From positions 20,770,001 to 20,834,000 of the forward strand of contig OZ038378.1 in assembly GCA_964036045.1 (NCBI GenBank): a stretch of 64,000 bases of DNA, written 5' to 3'. The notes below the pieces were generated by a model. That model worked only from the letters and a program-made list of their open reading frames with translations. It had not been told where the DNA came from and ran no database searches. The first letter of the stretch is position 1, and each line of letters begins with the position of its first letter. The DNA comes from Eutreptiella sp. 'Long Island Sound 2002' (Eukaryota; Protista; Euglenida). Shown here in pieces: positions 35,541-48,689 of the stretch. The translations under genes were made by a program, and so were the position numbers.

Positions 35541-36532
35541 CCGCTGTGCTCTCAGCCCTTCACGGCCCATCCGTCGTCTGCCCCTCCACCATCACCCGTT
35601 TCCGCCCTTTGTCCGCCCCATCCCACCGAAGCCCTTCCCGTCCTCCACCCGACCCCTCCCCTTTGAGGTGGGGAGGGGGGGGTGGGCCCGGCCCTTCGCA
35701 GGTCTGTGGGGCCCGGGAGCAGAGCTTGATTCACCCATCGGTCAATGCCGTTGGGAACTCTCATGTTCCGGCGCCGGCCATGAGCGGACTGTCCCTCTGG
35801 GCTGCAGCTGCCTGCCGGTCGCCCCAAGGCACAGGAGCACGGCTCTCCAAGGCCAACCGTTGTCACACCCCCGGTCCGTGGGAACTAGCGCTGTGCCTTC
35901 CCTGCCCTCCCTGGTCCTCCCCCATGTAGTCGACGGGTCCCTGCGCACAACGTCGGGCTGCCAGGCTATCGCTGGCCGGACCCATGGGTCAAGACACGGC
36001 GGCATCTCGGCCATGGCTTTGTCACTCCTGTTCGTCGGTGGCTCTACTGCTTTGGCGGGCGGGCGGGGGGGGGGGGATCATCGGTCCCGGCGCTACACTT
36101 GGCCCCTCAGGTGTCAGGAGCCCTCCCTCCACGGGTCTTGAAATTCCGACCAGCGCCGGAACAAACCACCTCATTTGACCTGCGCTCTCCAGAGAAATTT
36201 CTGGCTCAACCAAAGGCACCTTGGGCATGTTCGAAGGGGAGTAGAGCCCGTGTGCCTGCCGTCCCCAACAAACGAACTTGCCACTTGAACCCCTCCATCT
36301 TTGGGATTCAGTGTAATCAGGAACCCCCTTTTGGCGCACGCGCGTGCACGACCAGTCGCATCCACCAGGCGCAACGGGTTTGGGGATACGTATTTGGACC
36401 TTCAGTAAGGGATACCTTGGTGGGTCCCATGCAACAGAGGGCTGGCCGGGGGCGCGCGCATGTGCGTTGGTGGCCAACGCGGACGTACTGAGGGGCCGGG
36501 AAATCCCATTTCACAACAATTGGACGACGCAC

Positions 36533-36851
36533 GCAGGATCAGAGTTCAGGAGCTGAGACCACGACTGCCCTTCCCCCCATGTCAGCAAAACACGTTCCTG
36601 CGCCACGACCTCCTCTGCTTCACAGGCAATCAGCCAACATTGCAACACGCCCGGCAGGCCCGTAATGTTCGCCAACAAGTTCTCCAAAGCCCCGGAGTTC
36701 GTGGTGATGACACGGCGCATGTACGGCTCGAAGTTGATGAAGGCAGTTTGCGATGCGGCCTCGAAGGTGAAGGCATCCGCCTGTCCGTTGACATCGTAAA
36801 CGTCGTAGCCGTTGACGTGTCTACGCAGAACAGCAGCAGAGCCGATGAGTA
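36533..36851 (-). CDS. Candidate host exon
   Basis: Protein-like frame LIGSAAVLRRHVNGYDVYDVNGQADAFTFEAASQTAFINFEPYMRRVITTNSGALENLLANITGLPGVLQCWLIAC..., donor GC|gtgcgt. The 5' boundary is uncertain. Confidence 0.55.
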
Positions 36852-38941
36852 CTGTGTCGTCATGCACGGAGGCCATCATCGATCATGGCCCACTCCGAAT
36901 CAACGGCTGCGTGCCTCATTTCCCACGTCGACACGTCGACGACTTTGGATGAACGAATACCACATCCTGTGCCCCCTCCCCTCGCTGCTGTGCAGACATC
37001 AGCACAGGACATGTCCGGGCGGTTCAAGCCCGCATGCGGGGCCTCGAACGGCCTGTGACCAGGACTGCCCTCACAAGAAGTCGAACCACTGCCCACCTCT
37101 AACATGTCTGCGCCCTAGCGGACCACCGGCGCACCGGTGGCTGCCATAGGCCACAGGCCAACAGGGGTCACAAGACATTGAAATACTATCGGCTGACGGC
37201 GATGTTCCCGAACCCACCAATAGATCTGACGATGCCCAGCACCCCACCGCCCAGCCCCCAGCCCGCCTGCTCAAAGCTACGCCCAGGGCCCCCCAAAAAG
37301 GCTGTAGCTAAGACAGAGGGTGGCCTACAGAAGCATCAAAATCTCCACATCTCTTGAATGGCACGTCTTTGCTAGTCTCATGCTTGATCATTGTCAGGGT
37401 GTGCCTTGGAAAGGGTGGACCAAGGGCAAACAAAGAGAAGAAAGGATCCACCAACAAGGGGTCCATGATACTGACATTGAAATTGAAATACATTCAGTGC
37501 CAAAAAATTCACCGTCTCCATGACTTGCGGAAGAGGCGTAGCGTGGACATGGGGCCGGGGAGCGCTGCAACTGGCAGCTGCAACGGGGTGGAGCTGTAAC
37601 CATGCGTTGAGAGGGGCGAGGGGGATTATTTTGCTCGAGAAAATTTCGGATGGGGGAATTTCGCCACCCTTGCATATCCCAAAGCTTACACTGCCTCAAG
37701 CACACACTGAACTGCCAAAACCCCAGATTTCGCCAGGGGAAAATTTCGCCACCTTCCTTGAAGACGAAAATTTCCCACGAATTTATCCCGCCCGAAATTA
37801 TCCCCCCACCCCACCCTACCCCTGTACCATTCAGGCAAGGTGGTGCAAAACGCCCCCCAGGCAAGTTCACCTGCTGCCTCTGGTCATTCGCCTGGTCAAT
37901 ACCTCGTTGTCCCTCAATGAAATTCATATTTTGTGAGCTATTGGGCCCGGCAGTAGCAGTGTGTCTATGCACATGGGGATGAGCTGGCCTGAGCAGCCCT
38001 AAATCAAATAGAAGGGGACCAAAGCTGACCAAAGCAACCCAAGAGTACCGGTCCTCACATCTCTCCACCCGTGCGGCATGTCATGATTTCGGAACCCTGA
38101 ACAGGCATCCCACTACGCCTCTTCGTGCGAGTAAATCCTTTCGCTCGCGTCGCTCCTGCTTTCCTCCGTTTTGTTGTTTTGGTTCACCGCGCCCACCAGG
38201 GATCTTGCGGGGCTGTCTGCTGCCCGCGACTTCTGCCGCCACTGTGGCTGTGTTTGGATGGAGATTCAGGCTGTTGTTGTCCTCTTGTTGCTTCAATCTC
38301 TGGCCCAGTGTCCCTGAGTCTCTGTGCCTGAGTGGAGCTCTGTTGGTTGTTGGCTGGTGGTCCTTGCAACGAGGTTTTGGTGGTGAGGATGCGGAGTGAA
38401 GGGGTCATTGGGGGAAGCCAACCAGGACTTCCCCTAACTTGACAAAAAAAGGAAGGACTTCGTCTCATGAAATTTTCTAGCTTTTTTTCACAGGGGCGGG
38501 GCTGCTAAAGACAGCCCAGACACGCAGTGTGGCGCGTGGCGATTAACTGCCAGTGGGTAAAGGTCAACTGACGTCTTGCTGGTGGTCAACCGCCCGCATT
38601 TGGCGTCAAATCATGTTCCTTATGACAACCCCTAATGCCAACCTCGCTGCCCACAAAGGACCGCAGCTCTCTGCCGGTCCGTTCCCCTGTTCACTGCCTG
38701 TTGAATGGCGTGTACATGCCCGGGGAATGCGTGCCTTCTGGCGAGTGCTCATCCACGCCCCAAGGTGGTCTCCGTATCACAGACACGAACTTGCGCATGA
38801 GTATCACGAGGGCACTGTCGCATTTTGTCATGGCATGCAAGCCATGAAGGTGATTGAGAGCAGAATGTGCGCGCCAGAGACTGCAACATTTCAACTAATT
38901 TTGGTCCCAAAATAACCGCCTCCCAACTCGCCAAAACGTAC

Positions 38942-39006
38942 CTCTCCTCGCGTTCCAGTTCGTACCGCAGCTGCTCCTCACAGAGGCGCGTAAAACTGTG
39001 TAGCGC
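38942..39006 (-). CDS. Candidate short host exon
   Basis: catcag|GCG...GAG AG|gtacgt; ALHSFTRLCEEQLRYELEREER. Confidence 0.4.
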
Positions 39007-39764
39007 CTGATGCAGCTTCAGCTCCATTATGGATGAGTTGACAGCGTCCATTCCACAGACACAAACGGAGGACAAGTCGTTGTGCACCGCCGCTGTAATG
39101 GGGTGTGGAATGATCATGACTTGGGACTGACCTGATCTCCTACTTCAAAGTCCAGGGCACACTTCCAGAAGGGTGTGAAAGCAGACCGACCACGACCACT
39201 TTCCTGATATCGGGCTGTGACCCATCCATTCCCCTCCGTGCGTGCGTTAGGCAGTGGGAAGGAAGCAGCAGCATTGAGAGTGCTACAGACATGTGCAATG
39301 CATGTGGTGGGGTCCCAAAGAAGAACTGGATGCGGGGCTGTTGCCGTGCGCATGGATGGGGCGAGGTCCCCAGTCTAGCAATGAAAAAAGACGAAATCGG
39401 ACAACACTGCCTCAAGACTGGACTCGTCCAGCTTCCCTCCCATACAATGGACGCTCCTATCCACCCCTCCTCCCTGACCTGCCTGTGGCTGGCGTCTCAC
39501 GCAACCCTGGACAAGCTCTGTGTGCCAGTGAATTTGCAACTCATGCTGTGCTGGAACCCGAACTCGGGCAGAGTGACACATACAAAACATGCGCAACATT
39601 CGCAACATTCCGAACAACAGCAGCCACGACTGTCTCTTACCGGGGCAGGACCGTGGACATCTGCCGCAATGCCAAACCACCTTTGGCTACCCACCCGTAC
39701 GGTTTGTCTGCTGTGTCGGGGAACGCGAGCGCTCACCCAACATGAAGCCCTGGATACTGCATAC

Positions 39765-40010
39765 AGGGATGCTATGCGTTGACGGTTTCAGCCACAGACC
39801 CTGTGTGATGGGCAGATATGATGTTGGTACAAGAAGCGTGTCGTGAAAGACCGCCGTGACATTGGGCCAGACGAACAAGCGCGCCATACTTATATTCAAC
39901 TGTCCAATGTGTAAGAAAGACGTTCGGACGGAGGTTACGACTTTGTCACCAACGTTGAGGAGCCCTGAGATGGTCCGGCCAAGCCGTTCAAGATCAGCAT
40001 TGTACTCGAG
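39765..40010 (-). CDS. Candidate host exon
   Basis: tttgctcctgccgcag|CTC...CCT|gtatgc, 82 codons, phase 0-0: LEYNADLERLGRTISGLLNVGDKVVTSVRTSFLHIGQLNISMARLFVWPNVTAVFHDTLLVPTSYLP... Confidence 0.6.
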
Positions 40011-40434
40011 CTGCGGCAGGAGCAAAGAGGGTGTAGCAGAGCAGTGGTGCAGTTAAGCAAAGCTTCCCATGGGCTCTGTTGGGCGCCATGGGGAGGCGGA
40101 AAACTTACCGGTAGTCATGGTGCAACTCGTGCATGCCGTCTTTGTGCGTGCGTGTGCGTGTGTGCGTGTGTGGGTTTGTCTGTGAACAACGGGGACCAGT
40201 GTGCCGCAATGAGGCGGCAAGCACATTCGGTGCTGCTCACTACACCAGAAATTTTGTACCAACAAAAAAAATTGGGGCCATCTGGTCATCAGCCCCATAT
40301 TCAGGTAAAAAGAGAGAATATTTGGCATTAATCGGAGGCTACAGAGGGCGTTTCTGATTCCTACGACGGCAGTTGCAGGCCAACCGAAGTGGTTGGACTG
40401 GACTTTTTTTGAAAAGGAAAAAATTCTGTCCACG

Positions 40435-40690
40435 GAAAAACGCCCTGCCCTATACACATTGTGAGGGTCACCGCAACACACATCATCAGCGTCACCACCA
40501 CACCCGTAGTGACCAGTATATACATAGTGAGTGTCACCCCTACACACGCTGTAAGTGGCACCCCAGTGTCACCGCACTCACCTTGCGAGTGTCACCCTAC
40601 TCACCCTACACGTATTGTGAGTGTTACCCGTACACACGCATGGTACGATGTAAGTGCCACTGCTACATACAATCTGGGTGTCAGAGTATC
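40435..40690. repeat. Minisatellite of gtgagtgtcaccc-type units
   Basis: Repeated gtgagtgtcacccc/gtgagtgttaccc motifs. Confidence 0.7.
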
Positions 40691-41339
40691 ACTTGTACCG
40701 CAACACATGTTGTGCTCTTTGGGGACATGATACAAAGGGGGATTTCAGTCAACCTGAAACTTCGTGGTGCTGCAGACCGCCATGATCACAGTCCCCAGCT
40801 TTGTCAAAATCAGGGCGAAAACAGACATTTTGCTGCAAAGGCTCTGGCAGTAAGGCCAGGGCAGGGCAGCGCCAGAGGAAAGCAGAGAGCTGAAGAGTGT
40901 CAGAATTCATGGAATGGAGGGGCAAGTGGCAACAGCGACTGAGAGATGCGAACATTGGGGTATCCCACCCTGCTCAAGGATGTGGGAGGGGGCATTGGGC
41001 GAACCTTTATGCAAACTTAGCACATGTTGAAATGTGTGCAAGAATTATTGATTGAGCCCTCTCACGAGTACCATGTTTGACATCATTTGCAACAAACAGC
41101 AGCCAGAGTTCTTGTTCTTTCTGGTGATGAAACACTCAAACACTCGAAGAGTCCATGGAAGCAAGTTAGTGACTGGGGACATGAGGCAGATGTGCACGCA
41201 AAGCATGAGCCATAAGGTGACATCATCCAAAAAGTATAAGCAACTTGGAGAACAGGATACCAGCAAAGGCTAACTCCGCGGAGTCCACAACCAGAGAGAG
41301 GAAAAGGCAAAGGGCACAAGAGCGCAAACAAAAGCTGGT

Positions 41340-42169
41340 TCAAGAAGCCAGCAAATCATTGCCCGGCTCGAGGAAGAGGGCTGGACCTTGGCTTTCACTG
41401 ATGGCTGTGCCAAACAACACCCCAAGATTGGGTGAGTTGCGGGTTATGGGTGTGTGGTGATGGGACACTGGGAAACCAAGGGCTTTCTCCACCCCTGCAC
41501 AGCCCAGACTAACAATCGAGCCGAGCTACAAGCAGTCATCACAGTCTTAGAACACTTCAAATCTTTGCATATCAATTTGGTAGTAGTCATGGACTCCCAG
41601 TACGTTTATGACGGCCTTAAAGGGGCAGCCTTTCGATGGCGAGCAGCTGGCTGGGTTGGTCATTCTGGACCAGTTTGCAACATGGATCTTTGGATCACTC
41701 TTGTCGACAGTGTATCACACACTGTCCGTTGGCTGCGTGTGCCAAGCCATACAAATATTCCAGGGAATGAGCTGATGTCATGGCAGAAGAGGGAAGGGTC
41801 AGCTCACCACTTTATCATGTTTTGTCCTTGCCTGATAGGCCTGTCATTAATTTAGAGCTCCCCTCTACCCCTACGCCACGGCGTGCTCCGGCGGTTCCCC
41901 GTTCCCTGGAGATAGGCGACATTATCACGCCCTCCTGTGACACTCCAGCACTTTGCAGGTCCGTTGACTGTGACTCACATCACCTAGAAATAGAACTAGT
42001 CTCCCCCAAATGCCTTCCTTTCTCTGAGAATGCGAGACTACCAGCTCTTAATCTGCCTGAGTCAACTGAAGCAAGCTCAGAAGATACAGCCTCCGCAGTG
42101 AGTCTGCATGAATCTGATAGCAGACGATCCAGAGGAAATCTGGGTCAATTTAGGGCTGGTTGCCCTTGA
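41340..42169 (+). pseudogene. RNase HI domain plus Pro/Ser-rich tail of a decayed non-LTR (ingi/I-like) retroelement
   Basis: GWTLAFTDG, in-frame TGA at 41433-35, QTNNRAEL, VMDSQYVYDG, WLRVPSHTNIPGNE, then frameshift to ADVMAEEGR. All four acidic catalytic positions are visible. Clade assignment is inference. Confidence 0.85.
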
Positions 42170-42689
42170 CACACAAAAATGAGAGCTGGCTTCCGTGCTA
42201 GGCTGTTGAGTCGTCGATGACGACATGGCTGTATTGGTGAGCGCCTCTCCACCTCCTCTGGTTGCCACACACCAGTCACAGAATCTGATTAGCAATATAC
42301 ATGACGTCCCTTTTCACATGGGATACAAAACCATTCCTAAACCTTCCCCCACGGTGATGGTCTGACCCTCCTCACTTGGCCAAGGACAAGAGCCCACGGG
42401 CGTCCAACCTGTGCTGCACGATGAAAACACTCAAGTGTTGACAAAATACAGGCCAATAAAGGTCGAAAGCAATTGTATGGTAGCACATGTGTATCACAGC
42501 GATGGTCTCAGTGGAGCTGCCAGACATTGCTGCATATGCATACCATGCATATGCATGCCAGGATATGCATGTATGGAGCTCTTTGTGACCTGCTTATGCC
42601 CCCCGCCCCCCCCTCCCCCCATGTCGTCCCTCTAGGGGGGCTGCGGGTCGACACCTTGGTTTGCTGATTTTTTTAAATGGTCAAGCTTA

Positions 42690-44140
42690 CTCTTGGGTCA
42701 CGCACCAAGACCCAAACCAAGGACCGTGGGCAGCCATCGTGGTGATGTGTTCAGCCAGTGCCTGTGCTATGGTGGCTTCGTGGTGTAGCACAGTTGTGCG
42801 CCCCAGTGCCCGCAATTCACGTGTCCAGTGGGAGACAGTCCCCTCCGCCCACCAATGGACTGCTAGGGCTGCGGGCTGTAAGGTGTAGGGGCCATGCCAG
42901 AGGTTTGTGACGGTTGTCGCCAGGTACCACAGGTGATGGCCGTCCCGCCCCCCCTCCCGCTCACAGGCCCTGCTGGGCTGCAGGCTGGGGCTGGGGTTGG
43001 GGAACGGGCTGGGGCTGGGGCTGGACTGGGGGCTGGGGTTGTGGTTGAGGTTGTGGTTGCTGGGGCTACCCATGCACCCGGGGAGGATAGGGTTGCCAGC
43101 TCTAATGCATTTGCGAGCATGGGCTGCAAGGGTACGGCGGGGGCCAGACGCATCGTATGTGCGGCCCGTGGAGAAGGCCGTGTGCGTTGTCTGGGACGCC
43201 AATATTGCAGACCCCCCCCGTATGGGGCTGATGCTACCGATTGTGGTCCTTGCTGTACTACCACACGGGGCATTGTCTGCAGTGTTGCCGCCTTCAGCGG
43301 CGCCGCCCGGAGCTGCTGTTGCCACGGCTGCTGCTGCCGTGGAACCGCTGCACACTCTTTGGCCCAATGCCCGTACATGCCACACCTGAAGCATGGTCCA
43401 GGTGGTCCTCCGGGGGCGCGTTGTTGCTGGGCAGGCATGGGGGCCTATGGCGTTGCACTGAATTGGGCCGCTGGGGCTGGCGGTCCCTGGGCTGTGACAT
43501 CACGGCCACGTACGTTGCACCCCACGTTGCGTCCCGTAGTGCCACTCCTGCCGCCGACTCCGGCGTGGATACGTTTGCCGCCTCGTACTGTGCAAGCGCC
43601 GAAAGGGTGCCTCTGGCCAGCCCTTGTTGCGGGGCCCTATCCGCCATCAGCCTGATTTGTTCCGGCGTGCACTGGTATTTTCGGCGCTCTCAGCTGCGAC
43701 AGTTGCGCCTCCAGCTCTTCAATTTGCTTACTGACCGCGTCAGGGGCACCCTGTGCACTCGCCTGTCCCCACGCACTCACCTGCTCTGCTGTCGGCACCG
43801 TGCTCTCCGTACGCGCCGGGGGTGCGGCTTTGGGCAGGGGGGCCTGCCACTCAGCTTTCTCGACGTCCAGGAAAGCGCCCGCAAAGCGTTCATAAAGGGC
43901 CATCAAGAGGAGGCACTCGTGCTGGGGCTTTTCTGGCGCTGCCCAATCCGTGGCCCTATCGACACCAGCCTGCGACAGGCCGGGCCCCACGAGTTCCGTA
44001 TGCATGCCCGCTGCGGCTGCCCCACACTCATCGGTCCCATCCCTCAAAGTGTGGGGACGGCGCGTTATCCGCATCTCACTCAAACGCCAGTTTCCTCCGC
44101 TTCGCTCCATCTTCCGGCATGCCTCCCCGCAGCTGATCAA
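42690..44140 (-). mobile_element. Second, truncated YR-retrotransposon relic (gag plus start of YR)
   Basis: CFRCGMYGHWAKEC knuckle (~43393-43352), frameshifted YDASGPPPYPCSPCSQMH*SWQP motif and GTVSHWTRELR (cf. GSVDTYTSALR in the main YR). Confidence 0.75.
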
Positions 44141-45904
44141 ACACTAGAACTAGAACACAAAGAGCACTGGGGTGCAGTACCAAGCAGAATGTTGTTATGA
44201 GCAGGAGGACTCATCACAAGCATGACACAGCCCCTCTTTCCCTCTACAATCGGCACACAATCACGCTCTGCCTAGTTTCTGACAAAAAAAACCGTGGTCA
44301 GAAAATTCGGTAAAAGTGACGGTCAGACCGGGTCCCGGTGCTTAGACAAGGTGGTGCTTTCGCAAGGGGGGGGGGGGGGTAAATTGGTCATTCAAGATCA
44401 ACCAGGTGTCCATCAGCCGGAGACCTCAGAAATTCAACATGACTCAATCGCCACAACCTGAGCTTCAGCAAAAATGCAGCATCTCCTGGCACCTAGACAG
44501 TGGCTGGCCCCGCGCTCACGTCATTTGGTGGCTCAGCGACAAAATTTGGCCATTTATCACCAGCAGGTGCTGATTAACCGGCGGTTGACCATTGACCGCC
44601 AGCATGAATACCTGCACAGTGTGAACTCGGCAAAATTGGCGACTCGGTCCAGCACCGATGGTTCCCAACCTATCACCATATCTTCCTCCAAATTTGGGCC
44701 GCAACCCAAACTCGCGTTCCGAGCCGTACATGGTTCCACATTTTGGGTGACTTGCTGCTGCCGTTCGCTACACACACGCTCTCAGCCCAAACCGGTATGC
44801 AGACGGGCAACCGCATGCTGACCCCAGGGCAAGGGTGACACGTGTTGGTATAATTTGCCGGCACAAAGTATTTACACTGATACCCAAATGTGCTCTTTAT
44901 TCACCACTGGCCATAGGGTATGATAGTCGTCGCCATCAGCAAGTCAATGCATAATCATTCAGGCAGTTTGCAGCACAGCCTGAATGCTGATTCCCATGGA
45001 CACAGTGTCGGCGGGCAGGGCTGATTTCCCCACGGGTACAACACAGTACAAACAAATTCAAGTAATGCAGACATGCCCCAAACTATTCTTCATCGAAACT
45101 GGTCAGGAGAATATCATGGTTATGACAACGTGAGCGATGAACAGAAAGGATGCAAAAAGCTGGCATGACTATCACATCTTAATTTCACTTTCAAAACATT
45201 GGTGCAAGAAAGTGATTGACAACATGTACCATAAAACCTTTGCATCTCGAAGTAAACCAGTACATGCCCAAAACAGTGCTAGAAAAACCATGCCTCTATG
45301 GAACTGCACTGCTTCTTCGAATTCAAAGTATGCAGTGGTCATGGGGCCTGACTAAAGAATTATTTGACAGGGACTGCGCCAGGGCCCTCCAGGAAGGCGA
45401 TATGCAAAAGAGTCGACAGTTGGCCTGAACCCAACTGCATTTTCGTGTTCCGGTGTGGCTGTTTTTCTGTTGTGTCGTGTAATGTTGTGTCGTGCAGCGT
45501 CGTGCCGTGTTACGTTTTTGTACTGCATCTGTCGTGTCATGTCGTGGCGTGGCGTGGCGTGGCGTGGCGTGTCGTGCACTTCGAAAATGCATAGCTTCAC
45601 GGCGACAGCAGATTCAATGGGAAGATTGGAGAGGTTACGTATTCATGTCATTGATGCAGGTGATTATTTGCTGGAAATGATGGGATTGTGACCAGGTGCG
45701 TTTCGTAAACGCCGTGTTGGAGGGGAAACAGGTCATCAAAAAAAAACATGGAAACATGGAAAAAGAGCTCGCCAACCATCAGTGCCCAGCAACATTCAGT
45801 GCCCAATGCAGTGCAGCAAATCGCCCGGCCCGCGTGAATGAGGAACAAACGCACAAAATTTGGAGACGGGTTGGTGCAAAAAGGCCGCGTACCCGTGAGC
45901 AATA

Positions 45905-46315
45905 CAGCTGTGTCGTGTTACCTTTTGCTGTCCTGTGTTGTGCTGTGTCGTGTCGGCTGTGTTGAGTGTCATTGTGTTGAGTCGTGTTGTGTGGTGTCGT
46001 GTGGGGTAGAGGTGTGTCGTGTTGCACTGTAGCGCGTGTGCTGTGTTGTGCCGTGGCGTGTCAGTTGTTGTGTCGCACTGCGGTGTGTTGTATTGTGTTG
46101 TGTTGCGTTGTGTTGTGTTGTGTTGTGTTGTGTTGTGTTGTGTTGTGTTGTTTTGTGTTGTGTTGTGTTGTGTTGTGTTGTGTTGTGTTGTGTTGTGTTG
46201 TGTTGTGTTGTGTTGTGTTGTGTTGTGTTGTGTTGTGTTGTGTTGTGTTGTGTTGTGTTGTGTTGTGTTGTGTTGTGTTGTGTTGTGTTGTGTTGTGTTC
46301 TTCTGTTGTGTTGTC
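45905..46315. repeat. (TGTTG)n microsatellite with degenerate (TGTCG) flank
   Basis: Nearly pure TGTTG run at ~46085-46300. Related (CGTGG/CGTGT)n at 45470-45580. Confidence 0.95.
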
Positions 46316-48689
46316 CGACTGCATCTCCAATCCTATGGCCCAATGCTGCAGGAGGATTGGCAACCTGACGGGGAGAAAGCATTCCGAAAGTGCACAGGGC
46401 CAACCTATGCTGGTGGCCCCCAACAGCTGAAAAGATACCCTGGAAGATCAACTGATGCAGACATACCCTGGACTCGTCTTTCATCAAAATTAGGGGAAGG
46501 GGGGGGGGTTTGTCGGGCGCGCGCTACTTTCGAGCAAATGCTGCTGGTTATAGGTCAGTGGGCTTTAGGCCTGAAAATTGTCCTGGCACGCTCCCAGCGA
46601 GCTAACGGTCCCCCGGACACGAGGATATCGTAAGACAACATAGACAACAAGTCGCAATGATGTAATGATGTGAAGAGCTGGCATGACTGTCGCAATTTAC
46701 TACAACTTTGCACATTGTGGTGCACAACCGCCTCACAGCATGCTGAGGTCAGCAGTAGATCCAGGGAAGTTATGAGGAACGGCGCGCTCTCATCAGAAGC
46801 TGCCGAAGTCAAGCGCTGAGTCACTCGAAAGTAACCAACTACTGCAGACACGACCACCACCATCCAAGTGGCGGTGTGTGCGTCAACATGCTTCATGTTG
46901 TTGGGCCATGGCTCCGGCCCGATCCGGGAGTCACAAGGTGGATATCTGGGGCACGGCAGTCCTACGCCCAAGGCGCGGTGAAACGTGTCGACGGGGCCAG
47001 CAGAAAAATGTTCCATTCAAGCCGTTCAAGCTATTCAAGCCATGAATGGAACGGGTGGTGCAAGGTGGCCCTCCTGAGTGCCATGACACAGAGTACCATT
47101 GACCACAGTTGGTGAGGATCATCAATGTGGCGTCCGCAAAGAACCAGATTGAAAGTGATTCCGCGTGCACAATTTTCAGCCAAGCGCCCACGAAAATGCT
47201 GCAGAAGCCACTCGAAGGTAGGGCCCCTCACAGCATGTAACGTGAGGCTTCATCAGGGCTCGGTGAGGGCGCATGAAGGGTGAAATGAAGCTAAAAAATG
47301 AGGTTATTGAGCGGGATTGAAGATGGTGCCACCGGGAGTCCGGAACACCGTTTCACATCCGGTGTCAAGAAGACCATCTTTAGGGCCACAAAGAAAATCA
47401 TACCTGTTTTTTCGTCACAACGCGGGCTTGAATGAATGTGCACCATGTGCAAAGCATGCACACATCTATCATCAGCATTGATATCACTACAAGGGTGCCC
47501 CGAGCTATACATGGCAGTCACTTTCATGCTGATTCCCCCAACTTTTGACCTTGGAAAGGGGTCCTTGAGCCCACTAGTTGTTGGCAAGCCCCTCTTAGGG
47601 TCAAACAGGCATTCTTGGGCTTCTTGGAACCCAACCAAGAGACCTCGACACTCGTGGGACGAAACAGCACCCACCCACGACTCAGCATATCTGATTCCGG
47701 ACACCACTCCAATTTTTTTTAAAAAAATCAACAATCCTCAGGAAAGGGTGCATAATAGAGCATAGTTCATTGGATGCAGCGTTGCTGAGGCCCTCGGTCG
47801 TCCAAGCAGGAGTTGGGTGACCCTACCTGCACTTTAGAGCTGGAGGCTCTTCACTTTCACCCTCAAACGTCAATTGTGGTAGATGCGGTGGTTTGGCCGT
47901 GGCGTGTATGGGGCCAGCCTATACCCTAGAGTTCCCTGGCACACGCCTGCGTTTGCATGCGTATGCATGTACACCGGGTTCAAAACAGGAAACACCGGAC
48001 GCATGCACTCGGCTCTGAAGCAAGCATTTGGGTTGCTTGTGGCTGTGTCACGGGAGAAGCTTTGTGGCAGCTGGCGTTGCCCACAATCGGTTACCTTGCC
48101 TGATGGGCTATACACAATGGATTGGACGGCCATTGTCAATGCCCTTGCAACAATGGAACATGGGTGGCACCATGCACCTGCACCTTGTCCCGAGCAGCAT
48201 GATGGGTAGGCAATGCGAAGGTTTGGGGGGAAACGCCGCCTTCCCCGGACCTAAGACACTCTGTGCGCACGCACTGCAGGGACCCAAGGGGACAGGGCTT
48301 GCCCGGGAAGTGAGATCAGTATGAGTCAATTATTGGTTTATATCATGGGCACTCCTTCCGCCACACGGGCCGCCCAGCCTAATGAGCTGTTGCAGAGCGG
48401 GTGCCTTACAATTAGTCACTGTTACCCGTTACCTGCTCCCTACACCCATTTACCTATTCCCTATTGCCTATTCCCGACCGCCGTCCGCACAGGAGGGCGA
48501 CATGCAGTAGCCAAGCGCAACAACACAAGATAAAACAAAATATTCACAGCAAGAAGGGGACGTGGCACAGCGGATCCTGCATGCTTCACAAGGCAGCATG
48601 ACTGGCATCAGAGGGACGGTAAGCTGGGAGAGTCTAGTTCTGGGATCCAAACACTGCATGGCCCTACTTGCAGGACAGGTCGTACAGGC

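Noticed and set aside
45969-46633. Cys/Val-rich or TQHN-repeat proteins
   Set aside because: Translations of the (TGTTG)n microsatellite.
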